Source: Ruditapes philippinarum (Eukaryota). Taken from it: a stretch of DNA of 64,000 bases. The stretch is taken from contig NW_026865396.1 of the NCBI RefSeq assembly GCF_026571515.1, positions 62,001 to 126,000 of the forward strand. Direction: 5' to 3'. The position numbers and the translations under genes were made by a program. Numbering within the stretch: position 1 is the first letter of the stretch; each line of letters opens with the position of its first letter. Below are positions 12,101 through 23,590 of the stretch, piece after piece. The notes beneath the pieces were generated by a model. It was not told where the DNA came from. It did no database searches and worked only from the letters and a program-made list of their open reading frames with translations.

Positions 12101-15100
12101 AAAATACCCACAATAAACAAAAGCTATATACTACAATGTATAATATAACTAGTGTCACTGAATATTTCAAATATTTTAAACAAATTTTAAGTTCAGTCTG
12201 AACTAAGGCAAACAAAAACTTTTTTTAAAACTTAAAAAAATATTCAGACTGACTGTCAGTTTATTTCCATAGATAGTACATTCTTCAGTTCAAGGATGAA
12301 CCTTAAATTAGTCACTATAGATGAATCAAGTTGTCACCATTGAAGTGAGTGCTTGATTACTTTATGTTATAGGGGATATATAACAACCATAAAATCTTGA
12401 CAATGTTCTCTTCAATTGACCAATACTGGTCATTAAACCAAGATTCACATGTACAAGTGATTTAAGACCACAGACCACATTTATTTTTGACAGGTTGCCA
12501 TAATTGCATACAGTAGGATTTCAGAACAATTATCTTTTTTCTCTACTTTTATCTTATGGGGGTTGAGAGGGGGGACTGGTGTTGGGGTGAAACAAAAATT
12601 GGAATCATAACATGTTTTTTGTTATCATAAGCATTTAAAGCTGCTAAATGCAGGTAAAAGATTTGGTTTGCTTTTAGTTGGACTGAACTATCTATTGTTA
12701 ATTTAGGAAAATCAAAATACTAAAATTGAGGTGCTTAAAGTATTTATTATGATTTATCCAGCATCACCCTGCCGGGGATCAAGGTTACAAAGTTTGTTAC
12801 ATAGCAAGCCCTTGTCTGAACTAACTCCGGGTGTGGCAACCAAACAACAAGAATAAATTAGTGCCATCACATCCAAACTAGAACTGTTTAAAATCTTATA
12901 ATGTTCTTTGTGTACTGATGTATTTTAATAACACTTCTTGCAACCAGCCCCTGTCTACCAATATGAGAAATGTTTTGTAATGAAATTACATAATTTGGGG
13001 GGAAAAAGCAAGTCACAACAAAGAGCCAAATTGGGAAATTGGAGAAATTTGACACAATTTTGGGAAAGGAGTTTTCATCGAATCTGTCTACACAAGTACA
13101 GAAACACAGGCTGATACTTCATTTATTGTCTTGATTTACTTAAAAGTCATACTTCAAAATATTGTCATTAATACCTTATATACACCCAAAAATAAACAAA
13201 TTTCATTTTTTTGTTATAATATGTGTAAAAAAAAAAAGCAAAATGCCTTAGTCATAAAAATCATTGGGTGATAAATAAGAACTTTTTTATACAAAAGCCT
13301 CGTGCATACCAACAGAAATGTCAAAAAAGGAAACATTTTCCTTCAATAAACGTAACAAATACGCATGTGAGAAATAAATCTTTGGTGATGTATAGATTAG
13401 GATATCTTTAAACTCTATAATATCATACCAAGATGTCATTTATATTCTTACCTGTATAATTTTCTTATCGTCATGTCAAACAACAAAATCAAATTCTATC
13501 AAAATTAGAAATTTCTTAACTCTCGATTGCATGATACATGTATGTAGAATTTTGTTAACTGACCAATATCTCTTTGAGAAAGAAGTATGAAATATTATTC
13601 TTTATAGTTTGGTTTTAAGCACAAGTTTTATCAGAATTTTAGTTGGTAACCTGCTGATTTTTATAAATGGACTTGTCCACCCTCCATTTTTGGAACCATC
13701 CAAAATCAATTTTGGAGATACCAGGATAAATATTTGAAGTCGGTAAGTCAATAGTATAGACCCTTACGAGACTGCACTAATGTTCTGGCTGGCCCGATTC
13801 TATACTGGTGGCAAAGGCTAGTCACTTAAGATCCCAGGGGTTTAAAGATTACAAATATACCAGCAGAAAACACGTTTCCTCCTTGTAACTATCAACTTCT
13901 CCACATACATCATTTGAAACAGTGGTGGAGCACGAATATGGTACAAGGCCAGAGATGTCGCTAGTAATAACTATTAGAATTTAAGAGAACTTGATGCAGG
14001 ACGAGTAGAAAAATGTTGCCTGCACATTGGATTTAGAAGCTACTCGTCCTGCAGGATGTATGGCTCTGACAATATTTTTGATGCCTGAAGGCATGTCATC
14101 AACCGAATTCTTGCAGGCAAACATGTGTCACACCTAAGTCTCAATCTTGCCAAACTCCAACATCCCGAGACCAAAAACTCTAATGTACTGAGCCCATCTA
14201 ACAAGCTTTGAATTTAAAGGCGTAAAAACTTAAATGACTTTACAATACTGAATTAGAAAGGAGAAGATTTTTGATGTGTCATTCTCTTACTAGATGTCAA
14301 TCAGTTTAATTACAACAACAACACTATTATATTACATCCAACATATTCTATTACAAGAAGATCAAGGAAGTGCATTTAATTGACAGGTATTATAAACAAC
14401 AAAAAAATCTGAATGTACAAGTATATTCTTCAAAATGTTAACAAATTAAAGTTTTGTTTAAACTGTTTAGAAAATAAAGTTTTGTTTGAACTTGAAAATC
14501 AAATTATAATCTTTTTCTGTCTCAAAACTTGAGTAAACAAGATTGAAAACTTTCTTGTTAAAATCTTTCAAACATATTTACAATCATAATAGATTTGCAC
14601 TTACATATGCTCAACATTTTGAAAGTACAGGTAAGTTATGACATTAAAGTATTGAACTAAATAGTTCAACATTTAATTGAAAATGCAAAGATCCTTTATT
14701 GATATATATTTATTCAGCCTTTTTAACTTTCATCTCTAATTGTATTTGTATATTTACAAATACAAATTTTCTCTGCAGTGAGATTATCATTGTAAATCTT
14801 ATACATAAATAATTCAAACATTTCACCTTTCATTTATAAATAAAAAGCACATACCTTAAAACCCTTTTTAATGTTTAAAATAAAGATGATCTTGGTTGGA
14901 TTTTTTTATCTTCTCAGTTTAATTTGAATCATGAACACCTGGGATTTGTTTAATTAAAGCAGATCTATAGACAATAAAGTTAATATGGTTATAATTAATT
15001 AAAACTAAATTAACAAAACAGGTGCCCAAAAACAAAACTACATGTATGTTCAAACAATTGACTATAAACCAGAGATTTGAACTTGCCACTCGTGGTTAGC

Positions 15101-16677
15101 TACTCCAGTCATTAAAAGATTTAAAAGTTTAAGTCAACATCAAGGACACCATTGAAAACAAGGAAATATCAAGGTTAATATTTATTTTACAGAAACAAAC
15201 ATTATGTCATTTCCTTCCCACAGCTACAAATGGTAAGCTGAGTCAACTGCAATAGAAAGAATAGCAAATAATGAATCTTGACATCATCCACTTTTGCTTT
15301 ATTTGGATTTGTTTTGAAGGGGATTTTTTGTCTGTATCCTAGGCAACTGAATATTTTGTAAGAAAGAATTAATACATACCTCTATAATAAGCTTTTGTAA
15401 TAGCATCAAATTCTTCCTGACCAGCAGTGTCCCATAACATCAATCTTATATCTTCACCATTTACTCTATAATTATAATATAATCAAATATATATAACAAA
15501 TAAATTTGAATTTGAATGCAGTGCTCTCCATACATTTTAAAGTGGTTCAGCCGGCTGCTTGGCACTACATAGAGACATGAGTTTCAATGGTTTATCTCTG
15601 GGGGTATATAAGATTCAGAATTACAATGTTTTGGCCTTTTGACGGCAAAAATTAGTTATTTATATTTTATCAACCAAACATATTCGAAGTCATTAATCAT
15701 ATCATATGATAATACATTTTGTATAAAGTAAAACTAAGAAGGTTTAATATTTGAATCCTAACAAGTATATAGTTTTTAAACTAGCATAATGTCAAGTGAA
15801 GAAGTGGCTTAGTGGTTAGTTTGTCTGCCTCCCAACCCAGCAATTGAGGGTTTAAGCTTTTCTGCGGACATACACATGATGTCTCCTCATAACACAACAG
15901 TACTGGGTTAAGTTCCAGGAAGCAGATTTGAGAGCTATATAAACTTTATTCATAATCAAGCTTGAATCAACAATACTTAAATGTAATGCAATGTAATGTA
16001 GTATTCAGGCCAGAACATCATCAAGGATGCTAAGCTGAGCTTCTTGGGCCAATTTGGTAGACATGACTCTAGACTGGTCACTTCAGAGACAGCTATGAGA
16101 CTAAACTAAATCATGTTAAACTTCCAAGCCTTGTAAATATCTTAATGTCATGTGACAGTATGACATCATATTTGACATCATTACAAATTGTATAAATTCA
16201 CAAGTTTTTCAAAACTTGTTCATGTCAGACAAGAAAGTGTGTACTTTTCTTGATAGCAAACAAATTTTATGAACACTGACAGTTTTCCTTCATGTCAGGA
16301 AATACATGTTCCATTACAATTGATAAAGAAATACAATATTTACATCAGTTTCCTCCTCCATTCCAAATCAAGGCAATATTATATTATGATAACTAAAATG
16401 TTATTGCATGCATACCATTGGTATATGTTCACACTGTGGCTGACATTTGACCATTCTTACCAGCAAAGAGAGAAAATAAATGCTAAAATAGATATTAAAT
16501 TTCTCTGATAAAAACTTACTCAAGCTGTCTTTCTAAAAAGTCCACACCAATTGTCTTTTTATAATCCTTCGTAAAAATTCCCTTACAGTATCTCTGAATC
16601 ATGCTAGATTTTCCGACGGCACCGTTGCCAACGACGACAACTTTGATGGCAATTTCTATCTCCTCCTCACGCAACAT
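1..16677 (-). CDS. RAB23: Ras-related protein Rab-23, spliced gene span (3'-partial; last exon runs off the window)
   Basis: complement join 16520..16677,15380..15465,4720..4796,4027..4106,1711..1793,768..854,1..158. All introns GT-AG with consistent phases. Translation [91 protein letters not shown]...VQNKIDL...[24 protein letters not shown] carries all G motifs and Rab23-typical residues. Confidence 0.96.
768..854 (-). CDS. RAB23: RAB23 coding exon 6
   Basis: [29 protein letters not shown]; donor GTAAAT; its acceptor is duplicated 72 bp upstream. Confidence 0.85.
819..964. repeat. 72-bp tandem duplication of the RAB23 exon 6 acceptor and first codons
   Basis: 819-890 and 891-964 are near identical (actggtgcacatatttctcagccaggtaccggaacactaaaattttgaaataaaggg...). 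Confidence 0.95.
1486..1660 (+). mobile_element. tRNA-derived SINE, degenerate
   Basis: A-box-like gctagtggt and B-box-like ggtttgaact; shared tail ttccaggaagcagact with copies at 5118 and 15798. Confidence 0.6.
1711..1793 (-). CDS. RAB23: RAB23 coding exon 5
   Basis: [27 protein letters not shown]; TTTTTAG acceptor, GTGAGA donor. Confidence 0.95.
1813..2840. repeat. 29-bp minisatellite, about 35 copies
   Basis: unit gatacag(a/t)acatgtcctaaaatgggaagt read directly. Confidence 0.97.
4027..4106 (-). CDS. RAB23: RAB23 coding exon 4
   Basis: [26 protein letters not shown] (G4 NKxD); donor GTAAGT. Confidence 0.95.
4438..4540 (-). mobile_element. SINE 3' fragment
   Basis: gtcgcaccaacacagtgtaagtcatatggc...tagaacc...ctagctgg, similar to 21295-21450. 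Confidence 0.5.
4720..4796 (-). CDS. RAB23: RAB23 coding exon 3
   Basis: TTTCAG acceptor; [26 protein letters not shown]; donor GTAATA. Confidence 0.95.
4966..5117. mobile_element. about 150-bp MITE with CAG termini (hAT-like)
   Basis: cagacatcgaaaaat...attttcgatctctg; inverted second copy at 13950-14087. Confidence 0.65.
5118..5290 (+). mobile_element. tRNA-derived SINE
   Basis: A box tggcctagtgg, B box ggtttgagccc, tail ccagtactggttggttccag. Confidence 0.7.
7262..7481. mobile_element. Palindromic MITE with GAG termini and ATTT TSD (Sola-like)
   Basis: ATTT|gagccgcgtcatgacaaaa...ttttgtcatgacgcggctc|ATTT; second copy at 21936-22170. Confidence 0.85.
7908..11180 (+). mobile_element. Sola-like DNA transposon, 3273 bp, with decayed transposase
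   Basis: 34-bp TIRs (7908-7941 / 11147-11180, 2 mismatches), ATAT TSD on both sides, internal transposase remnants. Confidence 0.85.
9073..10380 (+). pseudogene. Intron-containing Sola-type DDE transposase pseudogene
   Basis: Exon remnants: ~9073-9173 (GQNKNRY..GYFLCW / [14 protein letters not shown]), 9378-9563 ([16 protein letters not shown] / [17 protein letters not shown] / [18 protein letters not shown]), 10227 onward ([18 protein letters not shown] / [10 protein letters not shown]); stops and frameshifts present. Confidence 0.75.
13646..13850 (+). mobile_element. piggyBac-like MITE, degenerate
   Basis: aaatggacttgtcc...gtatagaccc...ctatactggtggcaaaggcta, same family as 53277-53481. 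Confidence 0.6.
13950..14087. mobile_element. MITE with CAG termini and 5-bp TSD aaggc
   Basis: aaggc|cagagatgtcg...tttgatgcctg|aaggc; inverted relative to 4966-5117. Confidence 0.65.
15380..15465 (-). CDS. RAB23: RAB23 coding exon 2
   Basis: TATAG acceptor; [28 protein letters not shown]; donor GTATGT. Confidence 0.95.
15798..15980 (+). mobile_element. tRNA-derived SINE, degenerate
   Basis: gtggcttagtggttag...ctgcctcccaacccag...cagtactggg..ttccaggaagcaga. Confidence 0.6.
16520..16677 (-). CDS. RAB23: RAB23 coding exon 1
   Basis: ATG at 16677; [25 protein letters not shown]...DFLERQL; donor GTAAGT, phase 2. Confidence 0.95.
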
Positions 16678-19600
16678 TTGTCTGTACGTGGTTTTTTTAT
16701 CACTATACTATATATATATATCCAAAAATAATTCCACTTTTACATTGTTTAATATTCACTGTTTTGAAATGTTATCCCATTTCTTTATAAACAGTTTGCA
16801 ATCACAGTTTAAAAATTCTGGTGTTCTTACATAGTTATCGTATATTTCGTTTCATTTTTTACTTCATGATATTGAAGTACATTTATAAATACAAAAAACA
16901 CCTTAATTGTTGGTACGTTTTCAATAAAGCACACCACTATCTTTAATAACATGCATTTTGACAAAAGAAATAATTTTGCACCATTACGGTCGTCACGTTC
17001 CCACGAAATTTCACAGGTCGTAAATTATTTATCAAATTAACAGGAACAGCATAAAAACCTATTGCACGTTCACACTTCTTTAAAACATTACTGAGTCTAG
17101 GCGTAAATGTAATTTCCGACACTTCAGTCTCGGGCACTGCTTAACTGTCTATAGCCTTAATCAGCTTATCCTTGTCTTACACTGTTAAATATAGTTCGTA
17201 TTATACCTACAAAAAATATTAAAAACCCGTCTATAGGCACAATAGTGTGAAATATGAATAAACTTGTCCTATAAAAAGGAGAAAATCGTAGATTACAGTC
17301 TTTTTTGTGTCATTATTTATTACATTGTAGTCTGTATTTTCTCTATACACAAATTCCTTTATCTTTTTTTTTTCTGATTACAAATGAATTTCTGTGATTA
17401 TATTACACTTTTTTCTTCTTTTTATACAAAGATCCTCGTCCTCTTCAGAGTAAAATTGTCAAATTTCACACCTGAAAATATAAAGGAGAATATCATCAGT
17501 GTTATTAATCATAATTATATGCATTCTTCAATTGACAGCTGATGTCAATACGTAACAGACACTGTAATGAATTGATTGTGCGCATATTAATTTCGTGAAT
17601 ATGATCACAAATAAATAAACATGAATAATATCAGATCAGGCTCGTGCATTTTGTGGTTATAATTTTCCGTTCACATTCAATAAATCCTAATCTAAACTGA
17701 AAGATCCACAAAGACACGGATTAAATAACAATGAAATTTGAAAATCAATTTACGACAAAATTCATCAATTATTTCAAAAGCTGTTGTATTTGTATTGAAC
17801 TAATTGAGTCTTTGAAAACTAAACAACGTTTTAACTCATCGAAGATTCATGCCTCGTCAAAATCTATGAATGTTTGATAATGAAAACGCTGAGTACGTCA
17901 GCTATTATCAGTATAAACTTATTAATCTATATAACATGTACGTAAAACCTTTTACAAAAACTGTTCTATACAGTTGTATGGTATGGCAAAGCCTGGTTGC
18001 CCGTTTTTCATAAAAGACGCTCAATTTAAATTGTTGATATAGCGCATTGATACCATCAAAAACATAGATAATTGTATACAAAAATGTATTCTTAAACCAA
18101 ACAAGTAAACATGTCAACATCACAAAAAACCCACGTCTTAAATTCATGAATCTTTTATTCAAAATATTCATTAAGAATTTGACCAGATTTTTTAACTTAC
18201 AAATCGTGAATATAACGCTCATATTACAGGATTTACAAGTATGAATACATGTATATCACAATGTTATGACAATATATTGTAAAGTCAATCTATATTTTAT
18301 TAACAAAGTAAAAACTTATTTTTTTCCCAATTTTACACAAACCATTACCTATGTAATGAATGGTCAATTTTTAATATCATATTCATTTTTGATAATATTT
18401 GAGAATGGATTTTAACAACTAATTGCCCTTTAACAGTTTCTCAACAAAATTGACACTTTAAATGCTAAAAATTATTGTCCAAATGTGAAATTTGATGAGT
18501 TCAACTTTGATTTAATAGCAAGATAAGAGTTGTTTTATTATATACAAAATGAACTTTAAAGGGGTACAACATAATTGCCCTATTAGCCAGTTACTTAACA
18601 TTACAATAGTAAAATTATTCTGTATTGAGGCCATACCTAATAAGAAAATTAGTTTAACAAATACCAGGTACAACTGTAATATGAAAAAAGACATTTCTAT
18701 ATCTGACCATCTGAATTGTAGCAAATAATTTTTTAATCACACTGGAGATAGTCTGAAAATTACAAGTGTTGTTATATACACGTATACTAAACCAGTTATC
18801 ATTTTCAGGTAAAATGTCAAAAATATATCCTGAGTGCAGCTAACAATTACATGGACCAGTGCCGGCTGATCTTGGTCTGCACTGCTTGCATGGGTAGGTT
18901 TAATTGCCCACAACAGGCTTAAGGCTGATAAAGTATTTCAATATAAGTATAATCATAGACCAAGTATGATAAAGCGCGAAAAGGCTGGAGCTAGTGGTCT
19001 ACCTTTTCATTAAGTTGTTAAAGCTTAGCCTATTATTAAAGCTTTCTAAAGAAAGAAAAAAGAATCTAAAAATAGATGTAAAATATTATTGTGAAAATAA
19101 TTACTAAAGTGTTTTATCAATTGTGTAACAAACAATTTACTCCACACATGACATAATTATGTCTTCCATGTTACTAACTTAAATAGATTTAGTACAACAT
19201 AAATCTGAATGGTTAAGTTCTTACCTTTTAAAAAAAAAAAATTAAAAATCACACTTTCAACACCTTGAACTTATTGTTTAGCTGAAAAAGTCCTTCTAAA
19301 GATTTCATATTAAAATAACATTGGCTGCAGAATGTTAAAACAAAAATTAACAGCCTATATATATATTTTGTTGGAAGCAAATCTGAAAATAGGTTTCTAC
19401 ATGTTGTTGGCAAAAAGAATACTCAAAGCAGACATCAAAGACTTTAATACAGTACAAGTCTTCATTAAGATTATACAATTAAAGTCAAAAGTCATTAATG
19501 TTATCCTACAGCTAAGAAAAACATTTACATTGAAGTTATCAAAAATGTCAAAAGTGATTTTCACAGTTTCATTATTCTCACAGTTCCTTAAAGATTATGT

Positions 19601-20020
19601 GTATAAAACTGTATAATGACTAAATAAATAATCACAAGACTCTAATCCTAGTTTACATGTCATAAATTGTTGAAATTCTCCATAATCTAAGGGATTAAAA
19701 CAGGATTATCTTAAGATTAACACGTAACTTTTGGGGAATTTAGTTTTAAAACATTCAACCCACTCTAAGTAAAACAGGAGTAAACAAGCATGGGGTCTTA
19801 GAGAAAAGGAAGAAAAACATTGTTAATCAATATAATAAATTTAAAGTGCACAACTGTACATAAAAAAGTTAAGAAACTTATTTTATTTCATTTTACTGAG
19901 AGATTAATTATGTCTAGTCATGAATACACAGTGACTAAAATATCCTTTATCTCACTATAAGATTAACCATCTCAGCAAGACCGGCTCTACCTATATTTAT
20001 GTTATATTTCCTAACCTGCA

Positions 20021-20091
20021 TAATTTGTGTAATGCCCAGTAATTTGTGTAATGCCCAGTAATTTGTGTAATGCCCAGTAATTTGTGTAATG
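20021..20091. repeat. 19-bp tandem repeat, about 3.6 copies
   Basis: taatttgtgtaatgcccag units. Confidence 0.9.
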
Positions 20092-21294
20092 GATTTGCCC
20101 TTCAAGGAATATGGAACTATCCCATCAAAGATTAAAGGACTCAAATATCAAAATACTAAATTGAGGTACTGACAGTGTAAAGAGCCTGGTTACTCTGCAC
20201 TGATGTCACGGGCAGGCTGGCCTGGCATTTGGCCTAATTTATTCGGTGTGAACATTTTAGAGACTGTTTTTTTCATACATCCCCAGTCCAAAATTATCTT
20301 GTCTCTTTGACAAGTCTAATTAGTTGGACTTAAGGCTGGCATTATGATCAGAGAGCAAAAGTTGATAATTTTCGGTTGCAGCAGGTTAAGAAAAAACAAT
20401 TTTTACGGCAAGAAATTGTGCATTATGCCAAAAAGTAATCGCCGAAACATATTTTAACATGTATCAATAGTTTTTTGACAAATTTATAACCAATTCTATC
20501 CAACAATACTGAATAAATAAGATAAACAAAACCAAACCGTTCATACTTGCATAATAGTCCCCAATTATTATTATATATAATTATGTTCAAATTTTGTTTT
20601 TCTCTATTTTGTTTATGGTAAAATAGACATGTCATTATGCTTACGCTTTAACGAAAGAATTCTTCATTCAGTCTTAAATATATTCTATACTTCTTTAATA
20701 AATCTTATAACAAAAAAATTGAAAAATAAAGTAATTAATCACAACCTGGTTTTAAAAATACATCCATCCCAGAATAAAAACAATTAAACTGAATCACAAC
20801 GTCACAAACACAGATAGGAATATAAACATACAAAGTCATTATATTATTAACTTTTGCACCAGTGAAGTGAAAATAAGCAATAAGGTAAAAGGACCGATAT
20901 CAAAGTATGCAAAGTATTTCCTAACTATATACACAATTCTCCCTAACGTATATGGTATTTTATTTACAAACCTGACAAAGGTCCATAAAAATTGACCTCA
21001 ACTACCAATATTCAATAGATAATGTTTGCAATTAATACCTATGCGCTGATAGACAGTTAGATCTCTATATGTTTGAAGTGGACTACCGGTATATTAGTAG
21101 AAATCATTTTCCAATCAATCGAATCAAGTCCGTCAAAATTGTTAATCAATCCTGGATACCTGTGAAGTTCAAATTTGATTTTGACTCGGTGTAAACCAAA
21201 CCTGTAAACTCTGATAAAAGCTGGAAACTTACAGAAGCACTGTAAAAATAGCAAGTTACTACTGTTAGCAATCTCTACATTTTTTGCTCACATT

Positions 21295-21450
21295 TTGTTT
21301 GTTTGTTTGATTGGGTTTTACGTCACACCTACACAGTATAGGTCATATGATGACATTCTAGCTTTACTGGTGGAGGAAGACCTCAGGTGCACTTCCGTGC
21401 ATTACTTTAGGTGAGTAGAGCCACCAACATTCCATAAGCTAGCTGGATAC
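21295..21450 (-). mobile_element. SINE 3' portion with (AAAC)n tail
   Basis: (tttg)n tail, then tacgtcacacctacacagtataggtcatatg...ggtggaggaagacctcaggtgc. Confidence 0.6.
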
Positions 21451-21935
21451 TCACATACCATAGCTACTTGTGAATATGAACAAAACTTATATTATATTAT
21501 ACAAAATATTTTTTTGCATCTCTAATCAATTTAAAACGATTGATGGTCAGTCAAATAAAGGATCTTTTATTAACAACCAAACAAATTACAATGACTGTAG
21601 TGTTTTCACATTTTTTTTTCTAATTTCAAATTTTATAATGGGACTTAATTGAGATGAGTAACCACAAATTAATCTACATGAGAATATCGATTATCAGTTA
21701 GATAAGACGTTAACAAAGACGTGCTTCGACAGTATCAGCGATTCATTAAACACGATTAAGTCAAAACTTAAATATCTCTGGTACAACAAAGACGGTCATT
21801 AATTGATCTTAACCTTGATAAAGCAAACATCTGGATACGTTCCATGTACGTTTCTTTATCGTAAAAATTATAGTAATCTTATTTTAAACAAACTTAAATT
21901 CTGCATGTCATAATAACCTTCATATAGATATAATT

Positions 21936-22170
21936 GAGCCGCGTCACGACAAAACCAACACAATGGGTTTGCGACCAGCATGGATCCAGACCAGCCTGCA
22001 CATCCGCGCAGTCTGATCAGGATCCATGCTGTTCGCTATCAGTTTCTCTACTTGTAATAGGGTTTGTAAGCGAACAGCATGGATCCTGATCAGACTGCGT
22101 GGATGCGCAGGCTGGTCTGGATCCATGCTGGTCGCAAACCCACTATGTTGATTTTGTCGTGACACGGCTC
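21936..22170. mobile_element. Palindromic Sola-like MITE
   Basis: AATT|gagccgcgtcacgacaaaa...ttttgtcgtgacacggctc|ATAT; about 100-bp inverted arms; inverted relative to the 7262 copy. Confidence 0.85.
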
Positions 22171-23288
22171 ATATAGGTATATTTGATTTAATGAAATTAT
22201 TTCAATAATATACAGCTTATTTTTACATAATGCGCATTCATCAATAATATTCATATAATTTGACTTCAATATTTGGAACTCTACGCCTAATTTACATATT
22301 TGAATGAAATAAGATTTTAAATTTAATTAAAGCTATAATGAAAAATCTGATCTTTATGCCTATTTTGATTATACACCAGGAACAGGTGCTTTTTTAAACA
22401 GTTTATTACCGGTAGATCAAGTACTTTTATACTTTATATATTAATTGGTGCAATAAAATTTTTACTACTGCTTATTATACAGAATGGACTTTAAAATATA
22501 AATGCCTTTAAAGTTCCAGTTACAACATACATAATATTTGGTATCATCATAATACTGCAGAAATAAAGATTATAGTGAAACTTTAAACTTTTAAACATTA
22601 AAACGACTAATCAAATTACAGGTGTTAACAAAGTTAACGAAAGTGTGACTCCCTTCACAATAGGAAGAATGAACCTTTGAAAGAATCAATTACCACAAAG
22701 TTTATGACAGTCCCTCTAAGATAGTTATCTTTTTATTTAAACAATAAAATTAAGTGACCCCCGGAGGTCTAAACGTCAAGATAAAGTCTTTTACTTAGGT
22801 GCGGTTCAACAATTTCTCACTAACTAAATGTATATACCCCAACATTAACCACAATGTCATTCTAACAAAATCTTGATAAAAAAAAATACTTTTTACTGAA
22901 ATAGTTCTGAACGTGCTATGAAAAAAAATTTAAAAAAAAAAAAAACATATTTCTCAAAATCTGTACAAATTTGAAAATCACTGACTTAAAATCATTATCT
23001 TTTAACTTGCATTTTATTTAACCATAAAAAATTAACCATAAAAACAAATCAATGAAAAAAAAAGCGCTTTGTTGCGCTATTATACATGTATGTATATCTC
23101 CTTTGATTGCACATTTCTCCAGTAGATAATACAGCAATGATTTAAACTTCCTTCCCTACAGATTTTTGCATAAAACTCGTCACTTCCAACTTTGAATTTG
23201 TAACAACAAACTGTTTCTTATAATTACGAGAATTTTAACTTATTTTCAGTAGCCAATAATATACATGTAGTTTCTGTATCATAAGTTT

Positions 23289-23590
23289 AACCTTAACCTG
23301 ACTTATTTCTAAATGGACTTGTCCAGCTTGCATTATTTTGGTTCAGTCGATTACCAACTTTGGATAATATATCAAGATAAAAATTCAAAGTTAGTATACC
23401 AATAGTATAGAGCCTGGTCAGACTACATGTTATGATGTATGTGCAGGCTGGCCTAGCTCTGTACTGGTGGCAATAGTCTTATCACTTCCAGTTCCAGCAT
23501 GGTAACGTAAGGGTTTGAACTCGGTTCCAGCATGGTAACTTAAGGGTTTGAACTCGGTTCCAGCATGGTAACTTAAGGGTTTGAACTCCG
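23289..23590 (+). mobile_element. piggyBac-like MITE with triplicated 33-bp 3' end
   Basis: family body aaatggacttgtcc...agtatagagcctggtcagact, then (ttccagcatggtaacttaagggtttgaactcgg)x3. Confidence 0.7.

Noticed and set aside
21944-22165. 73-aa [28 protein letters not shown]
   Set aside because: Lies entirely within a palindromic MITE; a typical spurious repeat-derived ORF.
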